DNA from: Camelus ferus
Lineage: Eukaryota
NCBI RefSeq assembly: GCF_009834535.1
Contig: NC_045697.1
Span: 81,842,001 to 81,906,000 of the forward strand
DNA: 64,000 nt
Direction of reading: 5' to 3'
The notes below the pieces were generated by a model, which saw only the letters and a list, made by a program, of their open reading frames with translations, made no database searches and was not told the DNA's origin. How positions within the stretch are numbered: position 1 is the first letter of the stretch; each line of letters begins with the position of its first letter. Made by a program: the position numbers and the translations under genes. Of this stretch, positions 36,760-49,959 are shown one piece after another.

Positions 36760-39475
36760 AGAGCACTAGAGGCAGTTTACTTTCAGCTGGCAAGGTCCTA
36801 TCTCGGATACATCAAGTCTTTATCATAATTTAATTCATATGGCTCTTGACCACCTTTCCCTCCATAAGATATAATACTGGTTCATTACATTAATGACATT
36901 ATTCTGATTGGACCTAGTGAGCTAGAAGTAGCAAGTACTCCAGACTTACTAAGATACCCCAGAGGAAAGGAAATAAATCTGATAAAAATTCAGGGGCATT
37001 CCACTTCAGTGAAATTTCTAGATGGTCCTCCTACAAGCCAAAAAAGGAAGCACAACACCTCTAGTGGGCCTCCTTAGGTTTTGGAGACAACATATTCTTT
37101 ATTTGGATGTGTTACTTTTGCCCATTATAGAAGTGACATAAAACACTTCTAGTTTTGAGTGGGGCATAGGACAGGAGTGAGCCCTACAGAAGGTCCAGAC
37201 TGCTACGCAAGCAGCTCTGACACTTGGGCCATATGATACAGTGGAAGCAGTAGTGCTTGAAGTATCAGTGGCATATTGGGGTGCTATTTGGAGTCTTTGG
37301 CTGGCCTCTATAGATGAATCAGAGTGCAAGTCCTTAGGCTTTTGGAGCAAAGCTGTGCGATTCTTTGCATATAATTCTTCTTCTTTTGAGAATAACTCTT
37401 GGCCTGCTGTGGGACCTCAGTAGAGACTGAATCCTTAAACAATGGGCCACCAGTTTACCATAAGACTTGAGCTGCCAATCATGAACTAGGTGTTAGGGGG
37501 CCATTAATCCATAAAGTTGACCATGTATCACTCAATCATCGAATGGAAGTTGTATATATGAGTCTCAAGTAGACCTTGAAGGCACGAGTAAGTTACATGA
37601 AAAAGTGGCCCAAATGACCATGGTCTCCACACCTGTCACACCATCTTCTCTACCCCAGTATGTTAGTCAGCTTGGATTTCCATAACAGATTATCGTAGAA
37701 CTGGGTTGCTTAAACAACAGAAATGTATTTCTCACAGTTCTGGAGACTAGGACGGACAAGATCAAGGTGAAGGTAGATTTGGTTCTGGTTAGAGCCTGCT
37801 TCCTTGTTTGCACATGGTCTTCTTCTCACTGTATCCTCACATGGCAGAGAGCAGAGAGCAAAATCAAACTGTCTTATCTCTTCATGGCACTAACCCCATT
37901 TATATGAGAGCTCACCCTCAAGATCTATTTACCTCCCAAAGGCCCTGCCTCCTAATACTATCACAATGTGGTTTAGGATTTCAACATCTGAATTTTGGTG
38001 GGACACAAACATTCAGTCCATAACACTCAGCCTGCACATGTGGCCTCATAAGGGATCCCTTCCATCAATTGACAGGGAATTAAAAACTCGGGAGTGGTTT
38101 ACAGATGCTTCTGCATGATGTACAGGCATGACACAGAAGTGAACAGCATCAACACTATAGCCACTTTCTCTGACATCCCTTAAGAAGTATGATTGAATAT
38201 TTGGTGACAAGGAATTCTTGGGAATAGGTTTATAGATAGACCTCTCTGAATGGCAAAAAAAAAAAAAGTGAAGGTATTTGTGTCCCATGTCATTGCCCAC
38301 CAAAGGTGACCTCAGTAGAGGAAGATTTTAATTATAAAGTGAGTAGGATGACTTACTCTATGGATACCGGTGAGCTTCTTTCCCCCGTCACACTTGTCAT
38401 TACCCAATGAGCTTATGAAAAACCTGGCCATGGTGTCAGGGATGGAAGTTTATGCATGAGCTCAGCAGTGTAGACTTCTGTGTACCAGGCTACAGCTGCT
38501 GCTGAAGCCCAGTCTGCCAACAGCCGAGACTAGCACTGGGTCCTTGATTTGGCACCACTCCCTGGATAGTCAGCCAGCTACCTAGTGTCAGATTGATTAC
38601 ATTGAACTGCTTCTGTCATAGAAGGAGCAGTCTTTTGTTCTTAATAAACAAATATTTACTCTGGATATAGATTTGCCTTTCCTACATGCAGTACTTCTAC
38701 CAAAACGTCTATACATAAAATTACACAATGTCTTTCTTATCTAGTCATAATATTCTACAGTCTTTCTTTTAATCAAGGAACTCACTTCAAAGCAAATGAA
38801 GTGTGGGAATGACCCAAGCTTATGGAATTTATTGGTCTTAATCATAATACCCACCATACTGAAGCAACTGGCTTGATAAAATTGTGAATGGCTTTTTGAA
38901 GACTCAGTCACGGTGGTAGCTAGGGGCAATGCCTTGCAAGGCTGGGGTAAGGATATCCAAGGGGCTGTATAGGGTCTGAAACAATGTCCAAAATATAATA
39001 CTGTTTCTCCCATAGCGGGGATATAAAGATCTAGGAATTAAGGTTTGAAAATTAGAGTGCCACCATTCACTCTTACCTCTAATGAATCACTAGCAAAAAT
39101 TTTTATTCCTGTCACTGACCTTATGTTTTGCTGACATAAAGGTCTTAGTTCCAAAGGGAGGAATGCTTCCACCAGAAGACACAGCAATTGTTTTAATAGC
39201 CTGGAAGTTAAGACTTTCACAAGGCCATTTTGGACTCCTCATGCCTCTGAATCAATAGGCAAAAGGATTTTCTATACTGGCTCAATAACTGATGATGATT
39301 ACCGAAGGGAAATTGGACTGCTACTGCACAGTGGAGGTAAGGAAGAGTATGTCAGGGATATCTGAAATCCTTTATTGTGGCTTTTACTATTGCCATGTGA
39401 TTAAAAGCAGTAGAGAGAACAGCAACCCAATTCCAGTAGAACTATTATTGGTCTACACACTGAGGAATGAAGGAA
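36760..39475 (+). pseudogene. pol: ERVL internal region: decayed pol (RT, RNase H, integrase) followed by a dUTPase-like region
   Basis: [13 protein letters not shown] (YIDD changed to YIND, 36886-36897), [45 protein letters not shown]...WKLRLSQGHFGLLMP; many stops and frameshifts. Confidence 0.9.
37659..38025 (-). mobile_element. MLT1A-type MaLR solo LTR inserted in ERVL pol
   Basis: 'cttaaacaacagaaatgtatttctcacagttctggag', end 'acacaaacattcagtccataaca'; 5-bp TSD cccag/ctcag. Confidence 0.9.
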
Positions 39476-39479
39476 TCAT

Positions 39480-40990
39480 CTTTTTTTGGCTAAAGAAGGC
39501 TTAGTGCAATTTTAATTTTAATGAGGTTCAACTTACTAATTTTTCTTCCTTCATGGGTAGTATTTTTAGTGCTGTGCAAAAACTCACCAGAAAACCAAAT
39601 GTTATGCAGATTTTCTTCAATGTTTTTGTCCAAAAGTGTTATGATTTTACATTTTGAATTTAGGACTATAAAATACTTAAATACATAAATAAAAAAAATA
39701 TATATATATATGGTGAGAGTTCTGTGTCTAGGTTTAGTTGTTATATGTAGGCATCCAATTGTTCCAGCTCCATTTGTTGAAAACTCTCTTTTCTCCATTG
39801 AATTCCTTGGTTATTTTGTCAAATATCAGTTAGCTGTTTTTTTGTTGGTCTGTATCTGGGCTCTCTTTCATGTTCTATTGCTCTATTTGTTTATTCTATT
39901 ACCAATATCATGTGCTCTTGGCTGCTATAGTTATATAGTCTTGAAATTGGGTAGTAAGTTCTCCAATTTTGTTTTCCTTTTATATATAGAATTGACTATA
40001 ACATGTGTCCTTTTGCTTTCCAATTTACGTTTTAGACTCAGTTTGTTGATGTCCACAAAATAGTTTCCTGGGATTTTGATTGAGATTGTGTTGAATTTAT
40101 AGATCATTTGAGAAGAATTGAAATCTAAGATATATCAAGTCTTCCAATCTATGCTTCAGTCTGTGTAAAATATATCTCCATTTATTTACATCATTTTTGA
40201 TTTCTTTCTTCAATGATTTGTAGTTTTCCACATGCAGATCCTGTGCATACTTTTTAGATTTGTAGGGGATGCTTTATTATCATAGTGCTAGTGTGAATGT
40301 TATTTTTAATTGTAAATTAAATACTTCATTGCTAGTATATAGGAAAGCAATTCATTTTTACATATTAACATTATACTCTACAACCTTACTGTACAAGCTT
40401 ATCAGAGTACTTAGGAAGGTGTTTGTTTGTTTGTTGTATATTCTTGGGGTTTTATACATTGAAAATCATTTTTTATTCAAATAAACACAATTTTCTTTTC
40501 TTTTCTGCCTCCTTTTATTTCTTTTTAGAAAGGCCTAGAGGGTCTTTTAGAAGACCTATTTAGGTCTTCTAAATATGATGTTGAACAGGAATAGTGGAGG
40601 AAGACATTCTTGCCTTATTCCCAGTCTAAGAGGGAAAGTGGTTGTCTCTCACCATTAAGTATGATGTACATATAGATTTTTGTATGTAATCTGTTTTTGT
40701 GGTAAGGAAGTTTCCTTCTATTTCTAGTATTTGGGAATCTTTTTCAACATTTATCACAAATAAGTGTTGAATTTAGCTTAATGCTTTCTATGCATCTTAT
40801 GATTTATCTTTCACACTCTGCTAACTTCATGAATTACATTTATTTACTCATTAATGTTGAACTAGCCTCCTATTCTTGAAGTAAACCACACATAGTCATG
40901 ATATGTGTGGTTTACTTATACCTTTTATGTACTACTATATTTGATTTGATAACATTTTATTAAGGATTATTGCATCTTTGTTCATCTGTA
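39480..40990 (-). mobile_element. L1M (MB/MC-like) ORF2 fragment
   Basis: ORF 39490..39798(-) gives MEKREFSTNGAGTIG...ENLHNIWF; 'catccaattgttccagctccatttgttgaaaa'. Confidence 0.85.
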
Positions 40991-41304
40991 ATAACATTTA
41001 ATAGTTTCCTTCTAGTTAGAAAAATGTTGATTACTGAAATATGAAAGAGATAGTATGGATGAATTAATGTACTAAATAATAATATTACCATGCACAAAAA
41101 ATGCTATTCTGAATCAAACTAATTTTTTCACAAAAATTAAGTAGTACATTATGTATATATATTTTAAATTCAGAATGTATTTTAATGTGTCTATTATTTT
41201 AAAACACCATGTTTGTGTAGTGTTTAAGTATATGGATTGCACGGGTGATGTAAAATAAAATACCAAGGTAGGCTGACATATAGTTCAATTAAGCATTATT
41301 ATAC

Positions 41305-41466
41305 AGGAACACAGATAAATAGCTTTGGAGTCAGCACATTTAAAGTGTGAATCCTGGCTCTATGATATGAACCTTAGAAAATTCTTTGCTATCTCATCAG
41401 GTCAACAGAACAAGTAATCCTAAGTCAGTCATGGAGTTGTTCTGGATTATGTGACATATGTATTTT
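41305..41466 (+). mobile_element. MIR SINE, interrupted by L1
   Basis: 'gctttggagtcag...tgaatcctggctct', MIR-like tail resumes after 41665. Confidence 0.6.
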
Positions 41467-41481
41467 AAATTCCCAGTGTGA

Positions 41482-41650
41482 GCAAAGGGAAATATATACA
41501 AGATCTTGTGGTAGCTCACAGTGAAAAAAAATGTGGCAATCAATATATGTATGTTCATGTATAACTGAAAAATTGTGCTCTACACTGGAAATTGACACAA
41601 CATTGTAAAATGACTATAACTCAATAAAAGAATGTTAAAAAAAAGAAAAA
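41482..41650 (+). mobile_element. Short young L1 3' end with TSD
   Basis: 'gaaattgacacaacattgtaaaatgactataactcaataaaa' plus A tail; TSD aaattcccagtgtga (41467-41481) / aaattcccaatgtga (41651-41665); TTTT/AA target. Confidence 0.92.
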
Positions 41651-44600
41651 AAATTCCCAATGTGATTCTGACCCATAATAAATGTGTATTCATTTACTCA
41701 ATAACCATTTACTGTGCCTAGTCTTCTACTACAGTTAATAGGCATAAATTGAAAATAAAGAAGCCATTATTCTAGCTCTAAAGAGGATTATGGTTAGTAA
41801 TTTTGAGAAAGATAATTTGATGAATAAAGGTTTGTGGCAATTAATCAAAGCCTTTTTTGATTTGATTTTAAAAATGCCAAGCAAAGACTCCAAAGAGCTA
41901 GGCCTTTCCCAAAGTTTCAGCAATCTACTGAGTGACCACACCCTAACAACTTGCATTTTCAATCATTAGCCCTGAAATATGTGGAATTATGTGTTTGGAA
42001 AGATGTTAACTTTTGCCACAAATTGTCTTTTTCCTAATCTGGATAAGACATATGTTTTAAGAAATAAACTCAGTTTTGATACTCTGTTACCATAATTGCC
42101 AAACAAATACACAATTGACAGATAAATGTAAACACTTGGAAATGACAAGTTTAAGTTATCTACATTTTAAACACGTATGTTAAACTAAATACAGATTCTT
42201 TGAGAGCCTGATACTTTAATGAAACTTGAAAACTAGGTATATTAGCTTTAGTATACTTGAAGAGTTAATTAAGCTAATATAAAAGGGAGCTGATATAATA
42301 ATTCCATTGTCATGTATTCCTTAAAGTTCCTTTATTCTTTAAAGTCTGAATTTTGACAAGAATTTCACCTACTCTTGAGTAGTTGAATCTTAAAATTATA
42401 ATTTTACATATAACAGTAGATATCCTTTTATTATATGAATAGAAACCTAACAGGTAAGTGGACTTAGAATATAGGAAATATATGAAGAAACTGATACTGC
42501 AAAATATGAAGTGACTTAACCAAGGAATGTGCATTATACTTCTCCCAATCTTTCTCATCAAAATTTCATGTGAACTTTATCTGCAGATTTTCATGTGAAC
42601 TGTTGTTTTTATATGTACCTAAGTAGCAGGAATAAATGGAGATGTTGTTATTATCAGTGTATTGATCTGTAATGGGTGACTGCACACAAGCAGTAATGCA
42701 TTAGACAAGAAACAGGCTGTTTTTCTGCATTAGCTGTGAGGTGTTAGGACAGGTAAAACAATGACAGCAATATTAATATATCACCTCCAGGTGACAGCAG
42801 AAATAAAAAAGCTATTGATTTTATAACATCTTTAAAATCAGGCATAAATCATTGTCTTATGAAGAAAATGACATATTTATTTATTTCAAACCTGGCATTT
42901 TACATGATTTATATGTTACTTATAATGACATGTTCTACTTCCCACATTCGAGATTTAAGAGTACCAGTAGAGGTATGCATTTCAAGATGACAACACAAGC
43001 AGATGAATTTCATCACGTATTTTTTAAATGTTTAAAGAAAAGAGCAAGGGAACATAATAGAAAAGAAAAATAATAGTAACAGATATGCATTATTTCTTGA
43101 AATTAGGGAAGAAGGTTGCTCACAGAACTGCCATTTCTAATTATTTCTGTAAGCTATCATAATTGCCCTCAGTGAGGGGTCTGACAATTTGACTAAAAAC
43201 AAACAAATAAAAACTTAAAAGACATTGATCTGGGCATTAAGTTGGAATCTCAGATATTCATGCCATCAGGGAGCAGGGGAATTAAAATAAGAACTCAAAA
43301 CAGAGAAAGGGAGAAGAAAAATAACAATTAAGATCAATTTACATGAAATTATATATAAAAAGCATAGACAAATGTGCTCTGGTGAATATCTCACGAAGAG
43401 AGAGAAAAATATGTGTGCCACGTGTAAGGTTATTACAAAGTAAAATATATGATTAGTTTGGGGTTCCTGTACCAAAATAAATGAATAAATGAAAATGGAG
43501 CAAATTGTAGAGAGTGTAAGGGAAAATATGACCAGTTTTATCTAAATAGTCAGATTTTGAGTGTCATAACATTCAGAACTGGAAAAAATAAAATAAAAAT
43601 TCTGGCTGAGTTAAAATATAAAAACAAAGCTAAAGGATTTTTTTTTTTTTTTGCCTTCCTCTTCTTCAGATATGAGTAATGAAGCACACAGTCCAGATTG
43701 ATTCACTATTTCCTATGCTAAATTAAGAGAATGAAAATAGACATTTTGCCCATCATATTTTATTAGAAACCCCATGCCTCTGCTTATATTGCCAAAGTGG
43801 GTCCACAGGTTTTCTAACATTTTCATCTGTAATCTGTTTTACTTTTTTATTTTTTTCGTAACACTACATAGGTGGGTATAAAGCAATGAAAACCTATGTT
43901 AAGAAAAGTGATCATCTTTAATTTGGCAGAATACTTTCATACAAATGTCACCCTTGACACATACCTAGACATTGATTAGATCGAGAGTATAAGCAAGGCA
44001 TTTAGTTTTATGGAAAGAGCATGGGCAAAACCCTTTGAAGGTGGACTTCCTTAAACAGAAAGGAGGTTATTGTGGGAAAATCTTGCATATCATGGAATCA
44101 AAAATTTCAGAAGTAGAGAAACCTTGAGGAGAATTTACTCCAACGTCCCAGTTTCCCTAAATGGGAAAACCGACAATCAATTAATAATTCTGCCTTATAC
44201 CACATAGGCAAAATAGAAAAACAACTATAGCTATGTTCAAGTTTCTTGATTCCAAGTCTAATATCTTTATACTCTCACCAAGGTGAAGATTAGCAGGTGA
44301 CCTATGTTTTGCACACCTGTGTACAGGTGACTTAAGCTTTATTCCTTTATAAATTTTAAGATCCAAGCCTCTTTATTAAGTGTGATTTATATTATTTTGT
44401 TAAAAGGAAAATATTAATTCAATGTATTTTTTCAGAAATGCTTATTTTTACTAAATATCAATAACTGGATGAAAATGAACACCTCTTCTTCCATCTCCTG
44501 AACCATAAGGTTTGCTAACTCTACACAGCTGTATAAATTTAAATAACTGGCATGTGGGGACAGGGTGAAATTTAGCCTTTTCAAGCAGTTTTGTTTTTTT

Positions 44601-45199
44601 GTTTTTTGTTTTTTTTTGGGGGTTTTTTTTGCAGTGACATATTGTCTCATCAACACATCTAGGAGCGTCTATTTTTGAAATGCTTCACTTATCACTTGTG
44701 GAGTGTTGAAATGGAACCTATTTTTTCCCAAAGAGAACATTCCTTGCAAAGACAGATTGTCTCATCTGCATTAAGAAACTGTCCCTCATGAAATGCTCTG
44801 TCTATTGAGACAGCACATGCTTTCTCTCTGCAGAAACTGAATATGTAAAGATTGGAACTTTATTCTTGAATGATATTTTCGTCATGAGCTAATAATTTAA
44901 CTGTTTGGGTTTACATTCTCTATTAAAGTCAATTATTGTACTTCAAGGCCTATTTCTGTAAAAAGAGATGGGCAATTTAGAAACAGACTGACTACTGAGA
45001 TTGCAGGTAAAATTTTCCTTCCCCACCAGACCAAAAAAAAAAAAATGTACATTAGAGATCTTGTGACAGATGAAGGGATTATGTTAAGTTGAAGAACATA
45101 CCGATGGGGAGAAGCTGAGGGACTTTGGAACATTTCAGACAATGAAGTGTCCTCTCTGGGCATAGAAAAGGCCTAAAATAGAGCACATCAGGAGCGAGT

Positions 45200-45420
45200 G
45201 CAGCCTCTGATGACACACAGTGTAGGTTCAAACTTCAGGTGAACTACTTCCTGACTGATGACATTGGCAAGTCACTCAACCACCATAACTCTCAGTTTCT
45301 CTCTGTGTGTGTCTGTGTGTCTGTATGAGTTTAATGTACAGGATAAGGATAATAATGGTGTTTTGTGGCTATTGAAAGTACTTCAGCATACAGTATGCTT
45401 AGTGTATACTGCTTGGAAAG
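45200..45420 (+). mobile_element. MIR SINE
   Basis: 'ggttcaaac', 'ttggcaagtcactcaacc...ctcagtttctc'. Confidence 0.6.
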
Positions 45421-45454
45421 GAGTAAAATCTACTTATGGCTTTTTAACACAGAC

Positions 45455-45790
45455 TTTTTTATGAAGTATAATATTCATTCTGAAGACATTGAAGTTATAA
45501 TTTAAAAGCTCAATATGTTTTAACCAAATGAACCTCATGTAACCGGCCATGCAGTCAACATTCAAATCAAAACAGTGAATATTCCCAGTACTCTCACAGA
45601 TTGTTGAAATAGAACCTATGTTTTTCCCTAAAGCCTTCCTTCCCTGCTTGGCGTCACTACCTCTGCAAGGCTAATCCTGACATCTAACTATAAATTTCTT
45701 TAGCCTGTGGCTGATTTTCTATAGATAGAATTATACTATATGGACTCTTTTCTGTCTGGCTATTTTCACCCAATATTTTCTGATGTACAC
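45455..45790 (-). mobile_element. L1ME 3' end
   Basis: 'ttttttatgaagtataatattcat', 'ctcttttctgtctggctattttcacccaa'. Confidence 0.65.
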
Positions 45791-46869
45791 TCAAGGCATC
45801 CAGGAGGTGGAAGGGGGCTGACAAACAAGTAAATCTAGCTGTTTCTCCGTCACAAGTGGGGAAGATCAAATTGATACTTTTTCCTTTACAGCATCGTTCA
45901 ATTACAGGTAAAAATAGCAATATTTACTAAAATTCATAAAAGTTACATACAAAACTTTATACTGTTTATGTTTCCTTCTTATTGAAAGATGCAGTTAGGT
46001 TTTAGAATGATAAAGCAACATTAGATATGATAGTCATAGTTAAAAATGACCCTGGACTGAGTCTGGCTTGATAACTTAATAGCTCTATGACCAGAGGGCA
46101 AGGTGCTCAAGGACTCTGTACTTTGTTTTCTTTTCATTTGTGAAACAAAGATAATTTTACTAGAGGATCCTAAGCTGTTATCCGTTTCTTAACTGAATGT
46201 TTATACTTTTGTCTGTATGTCCTTTGAAATGTATAAATTTCTCCAAATTTGTGTTTGTGTCTTTTAGTTGGGTGAGTATGTCTCATCCACTCTACTGCCT
46301 TTTTTAATGAGACAGTGTATTTTTAATTTGCAAAATATATAACTATAGCTAGATATACATATAGTTATAAATGATCTTCCAATGTTTCCAATGAGATGTT
46401 TTCATAGACACCTGTTCTTGTTACTTTTACTTGTTATTTTTTCATGAAATCTTTCTCTGTCTTAGTCATTATGTTTTATTTGTATTTTTGAACATCTTAA
46501 ATGAATTTCTTCTAATATGGTTGTTATGTAGAATTAATTTATAATTAATTGAGGTTGAATTATGTGTTGATTACTTATTTATATCATTGGCTTTCTTAAT
46601 ATTAAAATTTTTCCCATTAGATGGGACTTAATTTATAAGTTCCTTTTTAGTGATAGAAGATGTTGATGTTACTTCTCTCTGAAAGTATTGTGTAATTGTT
46701 TCCTCCTAATCCCCAGTGAAGAGCTAGGTGTTATAATATCAGTTGATGTTGCTGTACTTTTGTGATTGATTCGGTATTATACAACCAGTTACTGAATTGA
46801 TACTAAGTTTCTGGGTGTTTTGATCCACTTTTCCCTTTCTTTCCTCTTTCTTCTTGCTCTCCTTCACAG

Positions 46870-47885
46870 GAGTCAAATCTTTATTTCAGTCTGACAGCCC
46901 TTATAGCCTCATCTAGTTCTTTTCCCTGTATTTTTCTCATCAGTATTTTTTTTCCCAGTAAATCTTGTTCTTCTAATATCCTCTTGGTGTCTGCATCACA
47001 GAAGACCAGGACTAGCCCACTGGATGTCCCTTATAAGGACATGGTGTTATACTTGCATCTTTTCCCACTAAGAAAGAACAGTGATTGGCAGGTCTGTTTG
47101 GATTATGGATGCAAAATACATTGCACTTGAGGCACTTAACAGATCAAATGAAAGAATGCCCTTTTTGAGTGAGCATGAGAGGAATTGTTGGCTTTGTAGC
47201 AGGTCCTGGTCCATGGTGATATGACTTGGCGTGATCTTATGTTGCTAGAGGAATCTGTGGTAGATAAAGTTATCTTTGCATCAAATCACATCTATGATAT
47301 CATGGAGAATACTCTATGACCAGCTGCTAGAGGAAGAAAATAAACCAAGTCTGATTTATGCAAAGATCAGTTCTATGCATTTCCACAAGTTGACTGTCAG
47401 CTTCTATCATACTACAGCCTCACACATTGGTGGCCCTACAAAACCGTGGTCACAGTAAATTCTTCCAGTGTATAACAATGGTGATCCACTGCATTAGAAA
47501 AAGAACTGCTTAAGGTTAGGTTACACATGGACTCCTATACTGTGATGAATGGTGTGGCTGTTCAATCAGGGGCTTAGAAGGAGAAAAATTGGTAGAGTTT
47601 GATGTGGAGGTAGGGAGGACATGGAGAAAGGGCATGGTAATAAACCTTGGGAGTGGTCGTGGAGTATAATATGAGGATCATTGTGTGTTTCATTAATGAT
47701 CGCTAGAAAACACCCCCTGCAGAAGATGCACTAAACCAGGTAAACAGGTTGATTGGTCCAGTAGCTGTCACACAGCTTCTGTGTTCAAACACCCTAGTTT
47801 TTACACAGTGAGTTCATGGATCTCCATACATGGTGGTAGATACCCATAGTCATGGTAGTAGAGATAAGAACTGTGCAAAGGCTTC
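46870..47885 (+). mobile_element. LTR16-like end followed by highly decayed ERVL-class internal (pol) remnants
   Basis: 'ctcttggtgtctgcatcacagaagacc'; pol-like 'ggtctgtttggattatggatgcaa', 'tacacatggactcc', 'gatgcactaaaccaggtaaacagg'. Confidence 0.6.
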
Positions 47886-48289
47886 AATAATATTGTTATT
47901 TTTATATAAATGAAACTATATATGAGAGGAGACACATTATGAATTCCTGTACATATTAGGAATTTTTCTTAATTTCACTGACTCAGAGTGTCAGAATGCC
48001 AGGAAATGGAAGCAAAATTTGTCAGCACATTAAAGCAAGGTTGAAAGGCTTCCAGGTCTAGTGTTTATGTTGAGATCATTGGATCAACCTGCAGTTCCAC
48101 AAATGAGCTCTTCTGAGAATGGGATGCTCTTACATGTTTACAAGAAACCTAAGCCAAGGGCAGTTTTCAAAACAACATAGATTAATAGTCTATACATCAT
48201 AAGAGGATAAATAAGAGAAAAATGAATAAGGCTTATAAAATAAGGAAAATAAAGCAGAATTCATAGAGTTCAGAAAATAAACACACTCC

Positions 48290-48711
48290 CTGGAGAATGC
48301 CATTCTAAGTGAAGTAAGCCAGAAAGACAAAGAAAAATATCGTATGATATCACTCATATGTGGAATCTAAAAAAAAAAGAGAGAGAGAGAAAGAGAGACA
48401 AATGAACTTATATATAAAACAGAAACAGACTCACAGACATAGAATACAGACTTGTGGTTGCCAGGGGGGTGGTCTGTGGGAAGGAATAAACTGGGAGTTC
48501 AAGATTTTCAGATACTGACAGATATATATAAAATAGATAAACAAGTTTATACTGTATAGCACAGGGAAATATATTCAATAGTAGTAGCTCGCAGTGAAAA
48601 AGAATATGAAAATGAATATATGTATATTCATGTATGACTGAAGAATTATGCTGTACACCAGAAATTGACACAACCTTGTAAATGGACTATAACTCAATAA
48701 AATAAATAAAT
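48290..48711 (+). mobile_element. Lineage-specific L1 3' end with TSD
   Basis: 'cattctaagtgaagtaagccagaaag', (TAAA)n tail; TSD aaataaacacact (48275-48287 / 48712-48724). Confidence 0.92.
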
Positions 48712-48794
48712 AAATAAACACACTTCCGAAAAAGACCTCCTTCTGAGGGCAAAAGAAAACTTCAGGAAACTGTAATCTGTAAAAGTTTATTACC

Positions 48795-49345
48795 CCTTTA
48801 ATGTGCTATTGAATTTGATTTGCTAGTATCATGTTAAGGATTTTTATATCAACATTCATCAGTGATACTGGCCAATAATGTTCTCTTTTTGTAGTGTCTT
48901 TGTTTCTGGTATCAGAATAATGCTCACCTCTTAGAATAAATTTGGAAGTGCTTACTCTTTTCGATTTTGGGGAAGCAATCGAGAAGGATTGGCATTAATT
49001 CTTCTTTAAATGTATGGTAGAATTTACCAGTGAAGCCATCTGGTATTGGGCTTTCCTTTGTTACGAGGTGTTTGATTATTGATCAGACTCTTTACTAGAT
49101 AAGGTCTGTTCAAATTTTCTGTTTCTTCATGATACATTCTTGATAGGTTGTATGTTTCTAGGAATTTGTGTCTAGGTTATCTAATTTGTTGTTATATAGT
49201 TCATAGTCTCTTATAACCCTTTTTATTTCTGTGGCATTAATTGCAACATCTTATCTTTCATTTCTGATTATAGTTAACAATACTGTGCTGTACACTTAAA
49301 AATTTAAGAGAGCAGTTCTCATGTTATGTGTTCTTATCAAAAATT
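48795..49345. mobile_element. L1MA/MB element with inverted 5' part
   Basis: Antisense ORF2 ('ggtagaatttaccagtgaagccatctgg') joined to a sense 3' end ('tagttaacaatactgtgctgtacactt...ctcatgttatgtgttctta'). Confidence 0.75.
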
Positions 49346-49959
49346 TTTTATTAAGTGAATTAGGAACAAGGCATGCATGGAAAGTACCATAAAGCTGTAA
49401 AGAAAAAGGATCAAATAAAAGGCCCCCAAGATGTGATGATAAATCAATGGTATTAAAATAAAGAAGGAGGAAATAAAATGAAATAGGTATTCATGTGATA
49501 AGGGAGAATTCAAAAGTGAATTAAAAGTCAACTCAAAATTTTCCTGTAGATGTTACAATGAAGCAAATTGTACTGTATTTGCTCCCTGAAACCAAATTAT
49601 AAGAAGAAAAACACTAAATACTGAGCATCCCATTTATAACAAAATTAGAAAAAGTTCTAAGTCCCTTACATAGATACCAAAACTTTATTTTTTTAAATGT
49701 AAAGTTGAACTATGATAGAATTGAAAAAGAAATTTAAAAAAATCAATTATGGATAGAGAAGATTTGAACAACATAATTAGATAATTAGACTGATGGGTGG
49801 CCACATACACATACATATGCACACACCAAAAGAGAGGATGAAATAAGACAGAAATGTATATCTCTCTTATAAAAAATGTCTTGATGTAACTGGTATAGGA
49901 TTGATATGGCATTCTAAAGTGTTAAGACCGCCAGACTTCCTTTAACTCATTGCTTTATT

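Noticed and set aside
42344..42459. Plus-strand exon ending at the consensus donor CAG|GTAAGT
   Set aside because: The acceptor is weak, the body is very AT-rich and no partner exons are seen.
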